A stretch of DNA of 63,440 nucleotides, counting the filler, from Guillardia theta CCMP2712 (Eukaryota > Protista > Cryptophyta): assembly GCF_000315625.1 (NCBI RefSeq). It is 6 parts of 6 records of this genome, joined end to end, with 100 filler letters (N's around TTAATTAATTAA, not from the genome) between each part and the next. Parts side by side here need not be neighbours in the genome. Positions count along the whole stretch, not along the records: positions 21,629 to 50,882 come from NW_005434475.1; 5 more parts are not named here. One strand, given 5' to 3'. The notes below the pieces were generated by a model. That model saw nothing but the letters and a program-made list of their open reading frames with translations, had not been told where the DNA came from and made no database searches. Positions 24,537 through 36,747 of this stretch are shown one piece after another. How positions within the stretch are numbered: position 1 is the stretch's first letter; the number at the start of each line of letters is the position of its first letter. Position numbers and translations under genes: made by a program.

Positions 24537-26789
24537 ATGATGCATTCACTACCTGCATCCGTGCAGAGCAACGGAGGTCTGACAAACTTGTACGCGTCTT
24601 CTCCTGGACAGGTAAGTCGATATTATTCGAGGGTCTCATGATGTAGTGCTGAATCCGCTTGTAGTTGCAAACTTCTACGACCCACCAGGTCCCCCAGACA
24701 TTCCCGTCGAACCAGATGCCGGCTTCGATCTCCCAGCAGATCTCCCACCAGACGCCCACCAGTCAAACTGCTCAGAATAGCGTCATCTCCACTCAGTACA
24801 TTCCGCATCAGTCTCAGACCTTGACGGCCCCCACCATCAGGATCAAAGCTGATTCCGTGTACAAGCCTGACTATCCTCGCGAGTCCGGCGGGTTTGACTC
24901 GGCGAGCTTCTACAACGGTGTGCCTAGCGGTATAGGAGGAGGCCGTCCTGCCACGGACTCCGGGTCTCTCGTGTCTGTGCCGGGAGGTGGACACATCATG
25001 CCGACGTTGGACGGTCTTGTCATTCAGCAGGTCAAAGACAACTCCTCGCTGCGAGTTGACCCGAGAGACTACACGGGTTACAACGGAGTAGTCACCTTGG
25101 TGGACTGCAAGAACTCGAGGATCCAATTGGTTGGGCAAGTGATCAAGCTCTCATTGGGAAGGTGACTTGAGTACCTTCTTTGACTGAACCTCAATATGCT
25201 GTGATCAACGTTGCGTTGATTGTTTCTCGTTCTCCTTGTCTCTTTCCATGTCGACCAAGTCATCAGCTGAACTTGGCTTCACGTCAGATCGGAACATGTT
25301 GTCATGTCTGTCGAGGCGCTCTCCGAAGCTTTCTCTGTGGACAGCAGCTCAGATTGCACCATCGCAATCGCGGGAAAACTTCCTCCTGTGCAGATCAAAG
25401 TGAGTTGAAGACCAGACTAATCGATATGAACTTCATTCGCTCCTCTTTCTCTCCCTCGTCTCCATGCACTCCTTCCTTTTTCCTCTCCCTTCTTGCTCAC
25501 GCGTTCTTCATTCATCAGTTCAGCAAGGGAATATCGATTGTTGCTATCAAGAACTTCGCGCAGGATGTGATTGAGACGCATACTTGTAACCGTTGTCTGT
25601 AAATCTCTCAAACCTAATGACATGAGACAGGCGAGGGAATATCTCTTCACCCCGTGGAGACGAACTCTTCCATGAGCGCCGAGTGAGTTACCCTCTCCTC
25701 TCCTCTCCTCTCCTGTCACGGTTTCTTCCTCTGTTGCTCTTTGCTGTTGGGTTGCCTACTTCTCCTCTCCCCCCCACTTCTCTTCCTAACTCTCCACCTC
25801 CTCCCGCCCCCCTTCGACTACTGTGAATAGAAAGCTCTTGGCGCAGCGTCATGACGCTGACGCTGTCTTCGTCCCGGACGGCATCGGCGTCATTCAGGTG
25901 CTCAAAGGGCCAGGGGGGGGGGAGGTTGACAGAGGGAACAGCAATCTTCCATGGGCTGGCATCGATACCAGCATATGTTGCAGAAGGTTGGCATTGGCCT
26001 CCTTGTCGAGTCTGTCGTCCAGTCCGACCTCGGGTACACTTTTCCTCGTACTCCCTCCCTCCCTCCCTCCCTCCCTCCCTCCCTCCCTCCCTCCCTCCCT
26101 CCCTCCCTCCCTCCCTCCCTCCGCTCAACTCGCCTCTGCGTCTCGATCCTCCTCCTCACTCTCTCCTTGCAGGGGACAGGAAGCGCCTCGTCATCACGGA
26201 GCTGGTAGAGGGCAGCTCGGCTCAGACCTGCGGGGCAATCAAGCCTGTAAGCTTGACGAGCGTGCAAGAGCACGAGCTGAGAAGTTTATCCAGGGCGACT
26301 ACCTCGTCAATGTTGATGGCATCTCTGTTGAGAAGATGAGCCCCCAACAAGTTTCCCAGCTGACCAGGGGCAATGTTGGGACGACTTGCAACGTGACCAT
26401 CACAAGAAAAGATTCAGAGTTCGTTTTCCTCTCCTTTTCCTCTCCTCTTTTTCATTCTCCCCTCCTCCTCCCCGTCTCAACCACAACCACTTCCTCTCCT
26501 CCTCCTCCTTCTGGTCCTCCTACTCCTCTCTGACGCTTCTCACAGCCAAGTTGTCGTTGTTCCTCTCCAGAGGAGGAAGCCACAAGTCTTCAAGGACATG
26601 GTTTGCCTCCCCTCCTTCCTTCCCTGCTCTTCTCTTGTCTCGCCTCTCACTCCTTCTTGTTCTCACTCCCTCTACTTCGCAGCCTTCAATGCCAGCTCCC
26701 ATCTTCAGGCCGGACGTTCCCGTGTCTTCAAGACCTCAGACTCAAACAGGAGGCCCTGGGGGCTTCTTTGGACCTCAAAGCTCTTCTCT

Positions 26790-26859
<70 letters not shown>

Positions 26860-27712
26860 ATGAACTCCCAGGCCGGAGGTCACCCGCAGTCCAGAGGCAA
26901 CAGCCTCGTGCCCCTCCCGCTCCCTCCTCAGCTCGCAACATGCGCACTGTGTCTCTTGTTCGTGGAATGAGGTTAGTGGAGGAGCATGAGGCGGAGCAGG
27001 ATGCAGGGGCAGGGAAGGAGGAGGAGGAGGAGGAGGAGGAGGAGGAGGAGGAGGAGGAGAACGAAGCTTACGATGATTGTTGAGCAGCACGAAGGGAGGG
27101 ATGGCAACTTCCGTCACAGTCACACCTGACGGTCTCCATGGTATCGGCATCAAGTTCATAGCCTTCGCTGGAGCAGACAAACCAGTTCACATCGATTTCG
27201 TGGACCCAACGGTAGAATCCTCCTCCCTCCTCCCTCCTTCCTCCTCCTCCTTCTCTTCCTCCCTCCCTCCACACACAGCCCCTTCCCCTTCCTCGATTCT
27301 TCTCTCTTCCTCCCCTCTCTTATTTCTCCTCCTCGATCTTCGTCATCTCGGCTTTCCACCATCCACCGCATCCTACTTGTGCTCTTTCCCTCCACCGTCT
27401 CCTGCTCTGCTGATTTCTCCCTGCCTTCTCCCTCCTCCTCTTTCCCTGTGTCTTTCCCCTTAACCGCAACATTTTCCTCATATCCTCTTCCTGCTTCCCC
27501 TCCTTGTCCTCATCCCCGTCCCCCTTCTCTTCCTCCTCCTGATCTACTCTCAGGGCCCAGCTGGTACCTCCGGGCAGATCATGGAGGGCGATGAGATCTG
27601 GAGCATCGACGGTCACTCGGTCGTCGGCCTGTCAGCCAACGAAGTTACTTCGCTCATCCGCGGCAAGCTGGGAACGGTCGTGACCCTCCAGCTGACCTCA
27701 AAGACCGCATAA
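24537..27712 (+). CDS. Multi-exon protein: CAP C-terminal (CARP) beta-helix plus two PDZ domains
   Basis: CAP_C: VTLVDCKNSRIQLVGQVIKLSL...SSDCTIAIAGKLPPVQI. PDZ1: KVGIGLLVE..LVEGSSAQTCGAIKPGDYLVNVDG..LTRGNVGT. PDZ2: HGIGIKF..GQIMEGDEIWSIDGHSV..LIRGKLGTVVTLQL*. Confidence 0.8.
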
Positions 27713-28190
27713 GATGAGGAGGGGGAGGAGGAGGAGGAGGAGGGGGAGGGATGGGAGGGCGGGAGGAGACGATCTCCTCATCTTCTGCTTAGGGTTTCCC
27801 AGGGTAATGGGGGGAATGAGGGGGCAGCAGCAGCTTTGTACCAGATTTACTTCCACGTTGACAAAAAGTTTACAACTTGAGATACACATTTACCTTTCCT
27901 CCTTCTCTGAATCTCCTTCCACCTGCCTTCTCCCTCTCTCCTCCTCTTCTCTTTCTTTCATGGTTCATCTTTCTTGTACCATATTGTTCTCCCTCCCTCC
28001 ATCTCCTCTTCTCATCTCCCAATTCTCCTCCCTGCCTCTCCCTCCCTCCCGCTGTGCTCCCTGATCTTCCCCCCTCCCTCCGTTGTCTCTTCCTTCTCTG
28101 CTCTCCCTCTCCTCCCTCCTCTTTCTCCCCCTCCTCTAACTCGTTCTCCTCCATCTCTCTCCACTCTCTCTCCTTCTTCCTTCTCTTCGT

Positions 28191-28927
28191 TCATGTGATG
28201 CTCTCGTTAGTGTTCATCTTGTCCTGTACCATCAGCCACACTGGCTCCTCTCCGCTCCTCGCAAGCTCATGCATGGCAACACGAACGTTCATGGCCAACC
28301 GCTGCGAGCGAGATCAGCGAACAGTCGTGAGAGGAGGGCGAGGACGAAGAGCAGCAGCAGCAGCAGCAGCAAGATCATTTGTTTCACCTCCTCCTTGAAT
28401 GTCTTCTGCACCACCTGAGCTGCCTCATACTTGACTCCAAACATCTTCTCATCCTCCTCCACCTCCTCCCTCGCCTTCTGCGCGTGCACCACCAGGTCTC
28501 CCGCCATCCCCGCCTCCTCCTCCTCCTTGTTCCGTCTGCTGTAGCCTCGGCCCGCCAGCAGGTTGTAGAAGTTGGACAACACGACGACAAGTCGCTTTCT
28601 CGCGCGGTCGAGGAGGAGGAGGAGGCGGTTGAAGGCGAGGTAGAGGAGGCCGCAGAGGAGGAAGAAGACGATGCCGCCGATGATGGAGAGGATGAGGAGA
28701 AAATTGAATTGAGTCTTCTCCTCGAAGCAGCCCGTACTGCTCCATCGTTTCAATGCCACGTTCCTCCCTCCCTCCCTCCCTCCCTCCCTCCTCTCTCTCT
28801 CTCTCCCTCCCTCTCTCACCTTGTTCCGTCTACAGCACATCCGAGGAATCCGAGTCCCTTGCTCAACTGCGTCTTCACGTACGAGCACCACAAGGGCTTG
28901 CATTGCGCCTGTTACTCGTTCAGACTT

Positions 28928-28960
<33 letters not shown>

Positions 28961-29617
28961 CCCTGCTCCTCGTCCTCTCGTCCTCTTCCTTTTCCTCTCC
29001 CTCTGCTCCTCCTCCTCCTCCTCCTCCTCCTCCTCCTCCCATCCAACCTGGCAGATCCCGTCAGGGATACTCGAGGGTGGGAGGTAGAGCACGGAAGGAT
29101 TCAGCTCCTCCTGCTTGCACTTTTCGTTGACGCACTTCCACAGCTCAACGTCGTCCTCCAGGTAGCGAACGTACTCGTCGTAACGGACTGAACCGTCTGA
29201 GTCGTCCCAAGGAAGCGGCCATGCTCCTGGCCAGGAAGTGATCAGAAGATGCGAGAAGAAGGAGGAGGAAGAGCAGGGGTAGGAGGACGACGACGACGAC
29301 AAGGGAGAGGAGGAGGAGGAGGAGGATCAAGATGAGGAGGAGCAGAGACAGCAGGTGGAGGAACGAGGAGAAGGAGGAGGAGGAGGAGGAGGAGTGTGAC
29401 GAGGAGGAGGAGGAGGAGTAGGACGACGACGAGGAGGAGGAGGAGGAGGAGGAGCAGCGAGCAGCAGCAGCAAGACGAGGGGGAGGAGGAGGAGGAGGAG
29501 GAGGAGGAGGAGGAGGAGGAGGAGGAAATTTTACGAGATTTTGGACTCGGTCGACGGTCACACTGTCTGACAACTTTTCCTGACTTATCAACCTGGTGGA
29601 CAAGAAACTCACGCTCG

Positions 29618-29672
<55 letters not shown>

Positions 29673-31393
29673 AGGAGGAGGAGGAGGAGGAGGAGGAGGA
29701 GAAGAAGAAGGAGAGGAGGGGGGGTTCACCTCTAGTGTGAGCGAGGAGGAGTTCAAGCTTTGAACGGTCACGGGGCAAGTGACAAACTTGCTGCAGAGCG
29801 CGAGGTCGCAGTCCTTGGAGGAGGAGCATGACTTGCCGATGCTGTCGGAGGAGGGCAGCTTTTGACACGATCGCACGAACCCGATGCTCTGCTTCAAGTC
29901 AGAACTCAAACAGTCCGTATGATCTTATACGCTTCTCTGCTTCCTTTGCCCTCTCGTTTCTGCTGCTCTCCGTCCTTCCCTTTCCTCCCCCCACACTCTT
30001 ATCCCTCCTTCAACTGAGTCCCTTCCCCTGCTGCCTCCCTCCCCCTCCCTCCCCCTCCTCCCTCCTCCCTCTCCTCTCCCTCCCTCCCTCCCTCCCTCCC
30101 TCCACACTCCCCTCTTCCTCCCTCCCTTCACTTCCCTCCTCACTCACTTCTCCTCCTCCCTCACACCTGAATCTTCAGCGTGCCATCAAGCGTCAACTCC
30201 CCACGTTCCAGTAGCCCCAGGAGGTGTCAATCGTCTCGACCTCCAGCGCACTTGTAGTCACTTGTAGGAGCAGACCTGCCTCCGCTGTGCTTCCTACTCC
30301 GATCTTCCATCCTCCAAACTCCTCATCCCTCCACAGCCAGTATCCTTTGCCGTTGTTGTACCTCCTCACCTTCACCCCGTCCCGCTGTCCACCTTGTCCA
30401 CCGTAGTCTGTTCGAACACTCCGAGCGAGCGAACTTTGAGGGGGAGGGAGGAGGAGGAGGAGGCTGGGAAAGACAGAGTAACCCGATGTCCTGTGATGCC
30501 GCCGTATCCACTCTGACACGAGCATCAAGCGCGCGGTAGCACAGAGAGCGGCCTACCTGACATATGACGGGACAAGTTCCGATGTTGCACTTGATGTTTT
30601 TCTCGCACTCAGTCACAGACGGCTGCTTCCCGTCCACATTGATGATCTCCTCTCCACAGTACGACTGGAGAGAAGGAAGACTTGGCCTGCTGTACTTTGC
30701 AAGGCACTTCCAATCTCCTTCCCCCGCCTTGGACTCCATGCACACAGCAAGTTTCTCAAGACAGGCTCCCTCCTCCGCGCTCTTGGGGTTGCAAGGGTCT
30801 CCTTCCATGAGGAGAGGAGCGCAGAAGGGGGGGGAAGAGGCATCGCTCAAGTTCCTGTGGCAAGCAAATCCCACCGAACATTCTTGCTGGCCCATGCTAC
30901 AGGTCTGTAACGACGTCTTACCCGAGCAAGTCTTGTTCTGGCACAGCAGCGACCCCTGGCACTCTTGGTCGGAGCTGCAGGGGTCACCAGCCATCCTGTT
31001 GATGCTGCACTTGAAGTTGATGCACCTCAGCCCCGGCTGACAGTCGTCGTCCTGCGAGCAAGGGTCTCTTATCTTAGCAAGCCTCTTGCATGTCCCAGTC
31101 GACTGGCAGCCATAGCTCACACCACACGTCCGCTCGACCCCTCCAGGTCCACCAGCTCCTCCGCATGCGATGCCAGCCTTGAGTTTCTTCTTGTCACTCA
31201 AGCACACGACCCCGATGCACGATCCCTCCTGCCGCCGCCCTCCTGTCTGATACTCTGTCTTGTCGCTTCCTTCCCTCGACGTCTGAATCAGACCTCCTCC
31301 TCCTCCTCCTCCTCCTCCTCCTCCTCCTCCTCCTCCTTCTCCCATTGCCATGCTGCCCATCAACACGATCGCAAGGGTCAAAGTTGACGCCAT
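28191..31393 (-). CDS. Type I membrane protein with Cys-rich extracellular repeats and IQ-like tail, multi-exon
   Basis: Signal peptide MASTLTLAIVLMGSMA; repeated DPC..D.DC..GL.C units; TM FLLILSIIGGIVFFLLCGLLYLAF; AAQVVQKTFK. Confidence 0.75.
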
Positions 31394-31683
31394 GGCAATG
31401 GTTTGCTTCAACACCGGTCCCCCCTCTGTCCTATAACCCCACCCCCCTTCAAGGTTTCTCATTCTTGACCCCCTCAAGGTCCCTCATTTCATAGTCACGC
31501 TATTATATTACAAGAAAGAATACCCCACCTACTCCACCCCTACCCCTCGCTGAAATGTAAAGAATGACCCTCACCCCCTCGTCATTGACAATGCTCTGTC
31601 AAAAGTCGTGTACTGTACGATCATCCAGCCATTCCGTTAATTCTGCGAAGAAGAAGAATCAACAAGTACACAAGTACAACAAA

Positions 31684-31777
<94 letters not shown>

Positions 31778-31842
31778 AGCAGGAGGAGGAGGAGGAGAAT
31801 GAAGAGGAAGAGGAGGAGGAGTAGGAAGAGGAAGAGGAGGAG

Positions 31843-33674
31843 CGCTTGCAACCCAACATTCCAGACATCCAACTCACTTTTCTGCTGATGCTTAACCTCT
31901 TCAATAGAGATGTCATCCTGCCAACACATTGTTAGAAACAAGGGCATGTCATCGGAGCAAACAAGAACCTTGGAGAATTTCCTTGCTGATCCCATGGGAG
32001 AATTTCTCCCCCTCCTCATCTCCATGAAGATCAAGTCGTCATCCCTCGAAAGCCGTCGGATCGCTCGGAAGCCTTTCACCGGTCGATATGCGTTGTAAGT
32101 TGGCCTGCTCTCAGTCTTGGCTGACTTCTTTCCCACACTCCGGGCAGTCGAAGCTCGACTGGTCGCCTGGTCCAAATCCTCATTGAAATATTTGGAGATG
32201 ACAGTGAGAGGGATCTCAGTTTGAGCCTTCTTGAACGACTCTGTGAACAGCGCTTGCAGTTGCTTGTGAATGTCCAGGAGAACTTCAAAGATCTTGGGGT
32301 TCTTCTGGAACATCAAAGAAAACTCTTCCTCAGTGAGATTGTCAAAGGATTCCATGTTCAGTTTCTCGTTCATCATAGTTTCGATCTTCAACCGCCCCCT
32401 GTAGAAGATATGAAGGAAGGTTTTGACAGCAGGAAAACTTCACCTGGCCCGCGCAAACTTGTTGGAGTACCTGAAGTCCAGAATGTAATCTCGCAGCTCA
32501 TCGAAAGAAACGTATCCGTCTGCAAAGAGCAGGTCAGGGAGCAGTTATAACCGATCATACAGACGCTTACAATTGTTTGCGTCGAGCATTTTGAAACAAA
32601 AACGCGCTCTTGCATCGGGACTGATGTAGCTGTTGAAATGAGCAGCTACTATCAAGAACTCCTTGAAGTTGATCTGCCCGTCCCGTGAAGCGTCAAGGGC
32701 GTTGTAGATGTAATACATCTTTGAGGAGAGAGACAGTGAGTGAATCTCGAGACAAGAAGCAACAGAAAAACCTTTTGATCCTCGATGCCGAGATTCAAGA
32801 TGTTAGCGATGTCGGATCTATCAAGAACCTGCAAACCAAGGAGTCAGCTTTGGCAGGCTTCTCAATGATCGGAAAGAAGTCATGCTGGTGTTTTGGTTGC
32901 AGAAACTTCTTCTTGGAATGATTCACACTCACCCCTTTCTTGCTGCCCCCAATGGATTGGAAGAGAGATAGTGCGTCGGACAGGTTAGCTGTTGTGAGGT
33001 TGAGAAGGATAGTAAACTGCTCCATGTCAGTCTGCGATAGTAGAAGCAGATCCCTCGTCCTCCCCCAACGTCCCTGTTGCAACCAAACAATCGATGAGCC
33101 ATTCCAAACAAGCAGCGTCGCTCTGCTAGTTCACCTCGAAGATCTTCCGATTGATGTTCTTGACCTCGTCCTTCACTTTTTCGGGGGTCTCAGCGTAAGT
33201 GCGATTGTTCATGATGAGTTTGTCGGCTCTGATTTTCCCCTCCTCTTGAAGAAAGTGCTCGTCAATGTGATCCACGATCGGATCTATCACCCCATGCGCG
33301 ACTGATGCCATGCAGCCCATCCTCACGGGTCAGTGCACAAGCTTGATCGGCTGGATCGAGACGCTTACTCGATGCAAGTTGTGATTCATAGATTAGCTAT
33401 CCAATCATCTACTGTGCTAGAAGGATATCTCGCTTGAAGCATATCCCCCACGTCCTGCTATTGCCACCTGCTGTTTCGCTTGTCCAACTTTCGCTCTGAA
33501 AACTTTCTCTCCTTATCTACGACAAGGCCTTGATCTTGACCAGCGGGTCGCGCCTTGTCGGTGCATACTCACGCTCAGGTTCTGCTGGCAGTCTGCTCTT
33601 GTTCTTCACCTTCTCCTTGTTCTCCTTTTTCGCACGCCTCCTTGTTTATACTCGCTTTCCTCCATCGACTTCAT
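31843..33674 (-). CDS. EF-hand-containing protein, many tiny introns
   Basis: Exons LDRSDIANILNLGIEDQK and YIYNALDASRDGQINFKEF (canonical EF loop); ends approximate. Confidence 0.65.
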
Positions 33675-34852
33675 CCTGTATCCTGCGACTGATGTAAGCT
33701 GCTCGGACCGGGGGGTGGGGGTACGAAAATTGAATGTAGGGGTAGGTACCTAGTACCAACGCCGGGGGTAGGTGTACCTACCCTACCGTGTGGATACAGC
33801 AAACATGAGATGTATTTATCAGAGCAAGAGGGGTGGTTCAAAAGTTGTAGATTGGGTGGTGGTTGAACAGGTTTGGGGTGGGAGGGGGGTGGGTTATCAA
33901 GTTGGGAGCAAAAAACTAAGATATAAATACTCTTAGAGTGTATGGATAGGAGGAATAGAGCAGAGCAAGTTTGAGTTTCTGGGGGTGGTGTTTGCCCGGT
34001 AAGTTTACGTTTAGGGGTGGGGTGATGTACCCCACGGTGCTGGACGAAGACAAGTTCAGCAGAACTTCGGAAGCAGGGTGATGGTAGTGGTAACTACTGA
34101 TGAAGGAAGGTAGGGGTGGGACTGTAGCAGGGGTGGGGTACTACGGTACGACTCAGAAATGAGGGGTGTCCTGTGGGTCAAATCTCCCTCACGCCATGTC
34201 CACCGGAGCACCGGAGTCTTTCGAGTTCACCTGGGGTCGGGGTGGGGGTGGGGTATGTGGTACTACCGTAGGAGTGGGCCAGAGTCACCAGTGGGAGGGG
34301 GTAGGGTGGTGCGAGGGCTCCGATAGGGCCGTCCAGCCTTGCCCGGAAATCCTTGCAAAAATCATTATAAAGAGAAAATGGGTGCCCCCTACCCCATGGT
34401 ATCTAGGGACCGGGTTAGTGGCCCAGTGGTGAGTGGTGGGTAGGGGTGAACTCGGGACTAGTAGTACACTTTATGGCTTCAACCACCCGTGGTTCGCTTC
34501 AAATTTTTGGGGCCCCACCTTCGATCGGCCTCACGACCTAAAGTGGAAAAGTAATCATTTCAAAGTAGCTCGGTGCCACATCCCGTAGTAAATTTGGTAG
34601 TGAGGCATTCAATGATTACTAATCCGACGGTAGGGGTGCTGGTAATCTCATCATGGTATTTTACTACACATACGGTTGTAGGGTTAAACTCTTCACTGAC
34701 CTACCGTCACGGCGTCCGTCCGAGTATCGGGGCCCCGGGGCCCGGCCGTGGCCCAGAGTCAACACGGGCCCGGGGCGTGGCACCGTACGGTGACACGGCG
34801 CACTGGCCGGTGTACCCGAGCCGATGGCATGATCCTCGTACTGATTGTTAAC

Positions 34853-35310
34853 TCAACTTTGAGTAAATATGATCGGATGGGACTCCGGGAGCCGGAGAGT
34901 AGGCACCGATGTCATAGTTGTAGTAGACGATGCCCCTGAGCGGAAAGCGGTGATCATCCTGTTCAGCAGATCCATCTGCTTATCCATCACGGGGAGTATC
35001 AAATCAGTGAGGTTGTAAAGGAGCTCGAACCAGTTCAGGTTGCTCTCGTAGATCTTGTCATCGTGCTCCTGGTTCTTGTCACTGTAGTGCTTCTTGATCG
35101 AGCCGTCACACTCCAAGTGCAGGATCACAACCCTCTCGGTGCCGGACTGGTTGAACTTGAACAGGGTGTCGGGCCTGCTGTCACACTTGGCGAACTGCCT
35201 CTCGTCCATGATAAACTCGATGTGGTAGTTGTCATACTGCTTTGCTAGATTCTCGTACACCCAGATGCTCTCGTCCTGGGCGCAGCAGCCCCTTATGTTG
35301 GTGGGAGGCT
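34853..35310 (-). pseudogene. PD-(D/E)xK-like endonuclease fragment
   Basis: KCDSRPDTLFKF...VVILHLECDGSIKKH fits an RPD..hhhhE.D...H pattern; strong C/G third-position bias; no credible start. Confidence 0.5.
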
Positions 35311-36490
35311 GATCCTGCTCAACCTCATACACCACCCAAGCTTCCACGCCAACGTCGCACTCCCCTCCATCACAAGCATACTCAACCCAAGTCCCCAACC
35401 AGACCCTACCAGAGAGGGACATGCTCATTGTGGTCCTCACCATGGACAGGACAGCCTCCCTGGCAAGGCGGTACGGCTCCAGGGTCATCATCGACCTCCA
35501 CGTCATGCAGGACAGGCTGCCGGACGAGAACCTTGACCTCAGGACCAAGGAGATGCTGGAGACCTACAGGTGGAACCATGGCTCCTCCGTCTCCTTGACA
35601 GGTGGTTCATGGAAGCTGTTCTCCAAAAGCTCCCGAGATACACACGAGGAGACGCTATATATCTCGTCCAGTCAGACGCCCGCGTGCTGCTGCTCTCAAA
35701 CCAGTAGAACATGACCGACGCATCTCCTCTGATTTTCACAGGAGGGAGAACCTTGCGTTGAGTTGCACAACTCTGAGAGAGTGTAAACAAGGCGCTGCCC
35801 ACTCAGTTGTCGTGCGAGGAGAGGTTTTTCCTCAATTTATAGTTTCATCAATAAATTTGACAGAAAAAAACTGGAATCCTCTGAGATTCCTACCGAGAGG
35901 AAATGGGTCTGCCCTACTTTCTGGGCTGGCTTGTCTCCCACAAGGTTTGCGCAAACATGGCTGGGGTTTACTATGAGATGCTACTGTCTCTTACCCTCTC
36001 CTTCCTTGCGCTTCCAGCCGTCGATGCCTTGTATCCCTGCATGCCTCTTGGGCCAACTCCACATGGGAAGTCACTTGCTCCAAGCCGCAAGATGTGGACT
36101 GGAACTGAAGTTGCTCGACCGTCCTTGTTGAGGTACGCCAAGAATCCCCTTTGAATCAAGCAAGCAAGTGAGCTGTAGTATGATGTCATCGTCAACGACA
36201 TGGCAAGGAGGGAATGACAGAGAAAATGTTCTGCCATGAGTTCACAGGTCGCCACGAGCTTTAGATGTACGAATGCACAAAGAGTATAACGAATAGATGC
36301 AGCAGAATCTCAGGAACCCGTATGACAATCAAAAAGATTGAGGTTCTTGTATTTATGGATGTTGATCAGGGCAAAGAAGCGTGAGCCGGACACCGAAGAA
36401 AGTGACAAAAAGCTCATGAATGCCCAGAATGACGGCATCGACGCTCGTTTGCGAGTCAGGCAGGCAGGGACTCGAGGAGGCTCTGAGCTC

Positions 36491-36598
36491 AGGAGACAAG
36501 ACCAAGATCGCAGACGCTCGTCTGCGAGGAGACAAGACCAAGATCGCAGACGCTCGTCTGCGAGGAGACAAGACCAAGATCGCAGACGCTCGTCTGCG
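36491..36598 (+). repeat. 36-bp tandem repeat x3 (GDKTKIADARLR) in the frameshifted N-terminal region of the CRN-like gene
   Basis: aggagacaagaccaagatcgcagacgctcgtctgcg repeated three times. Confidence 0.9.
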
Positions 36599-36747
36599 AG
36601 TCAGGCAGACACGGCTCAAGGACAGTCTCTGAGCTCAGGAGACAAGACCACCATGTATGCGCTCCCTCTGCATCGAGCGGATGGTGGAGAAGGAGCTTTC
36701 TTATCAGGTGAGTCAAGATGTCAGCATCAATAACGTTTGACTGATGA

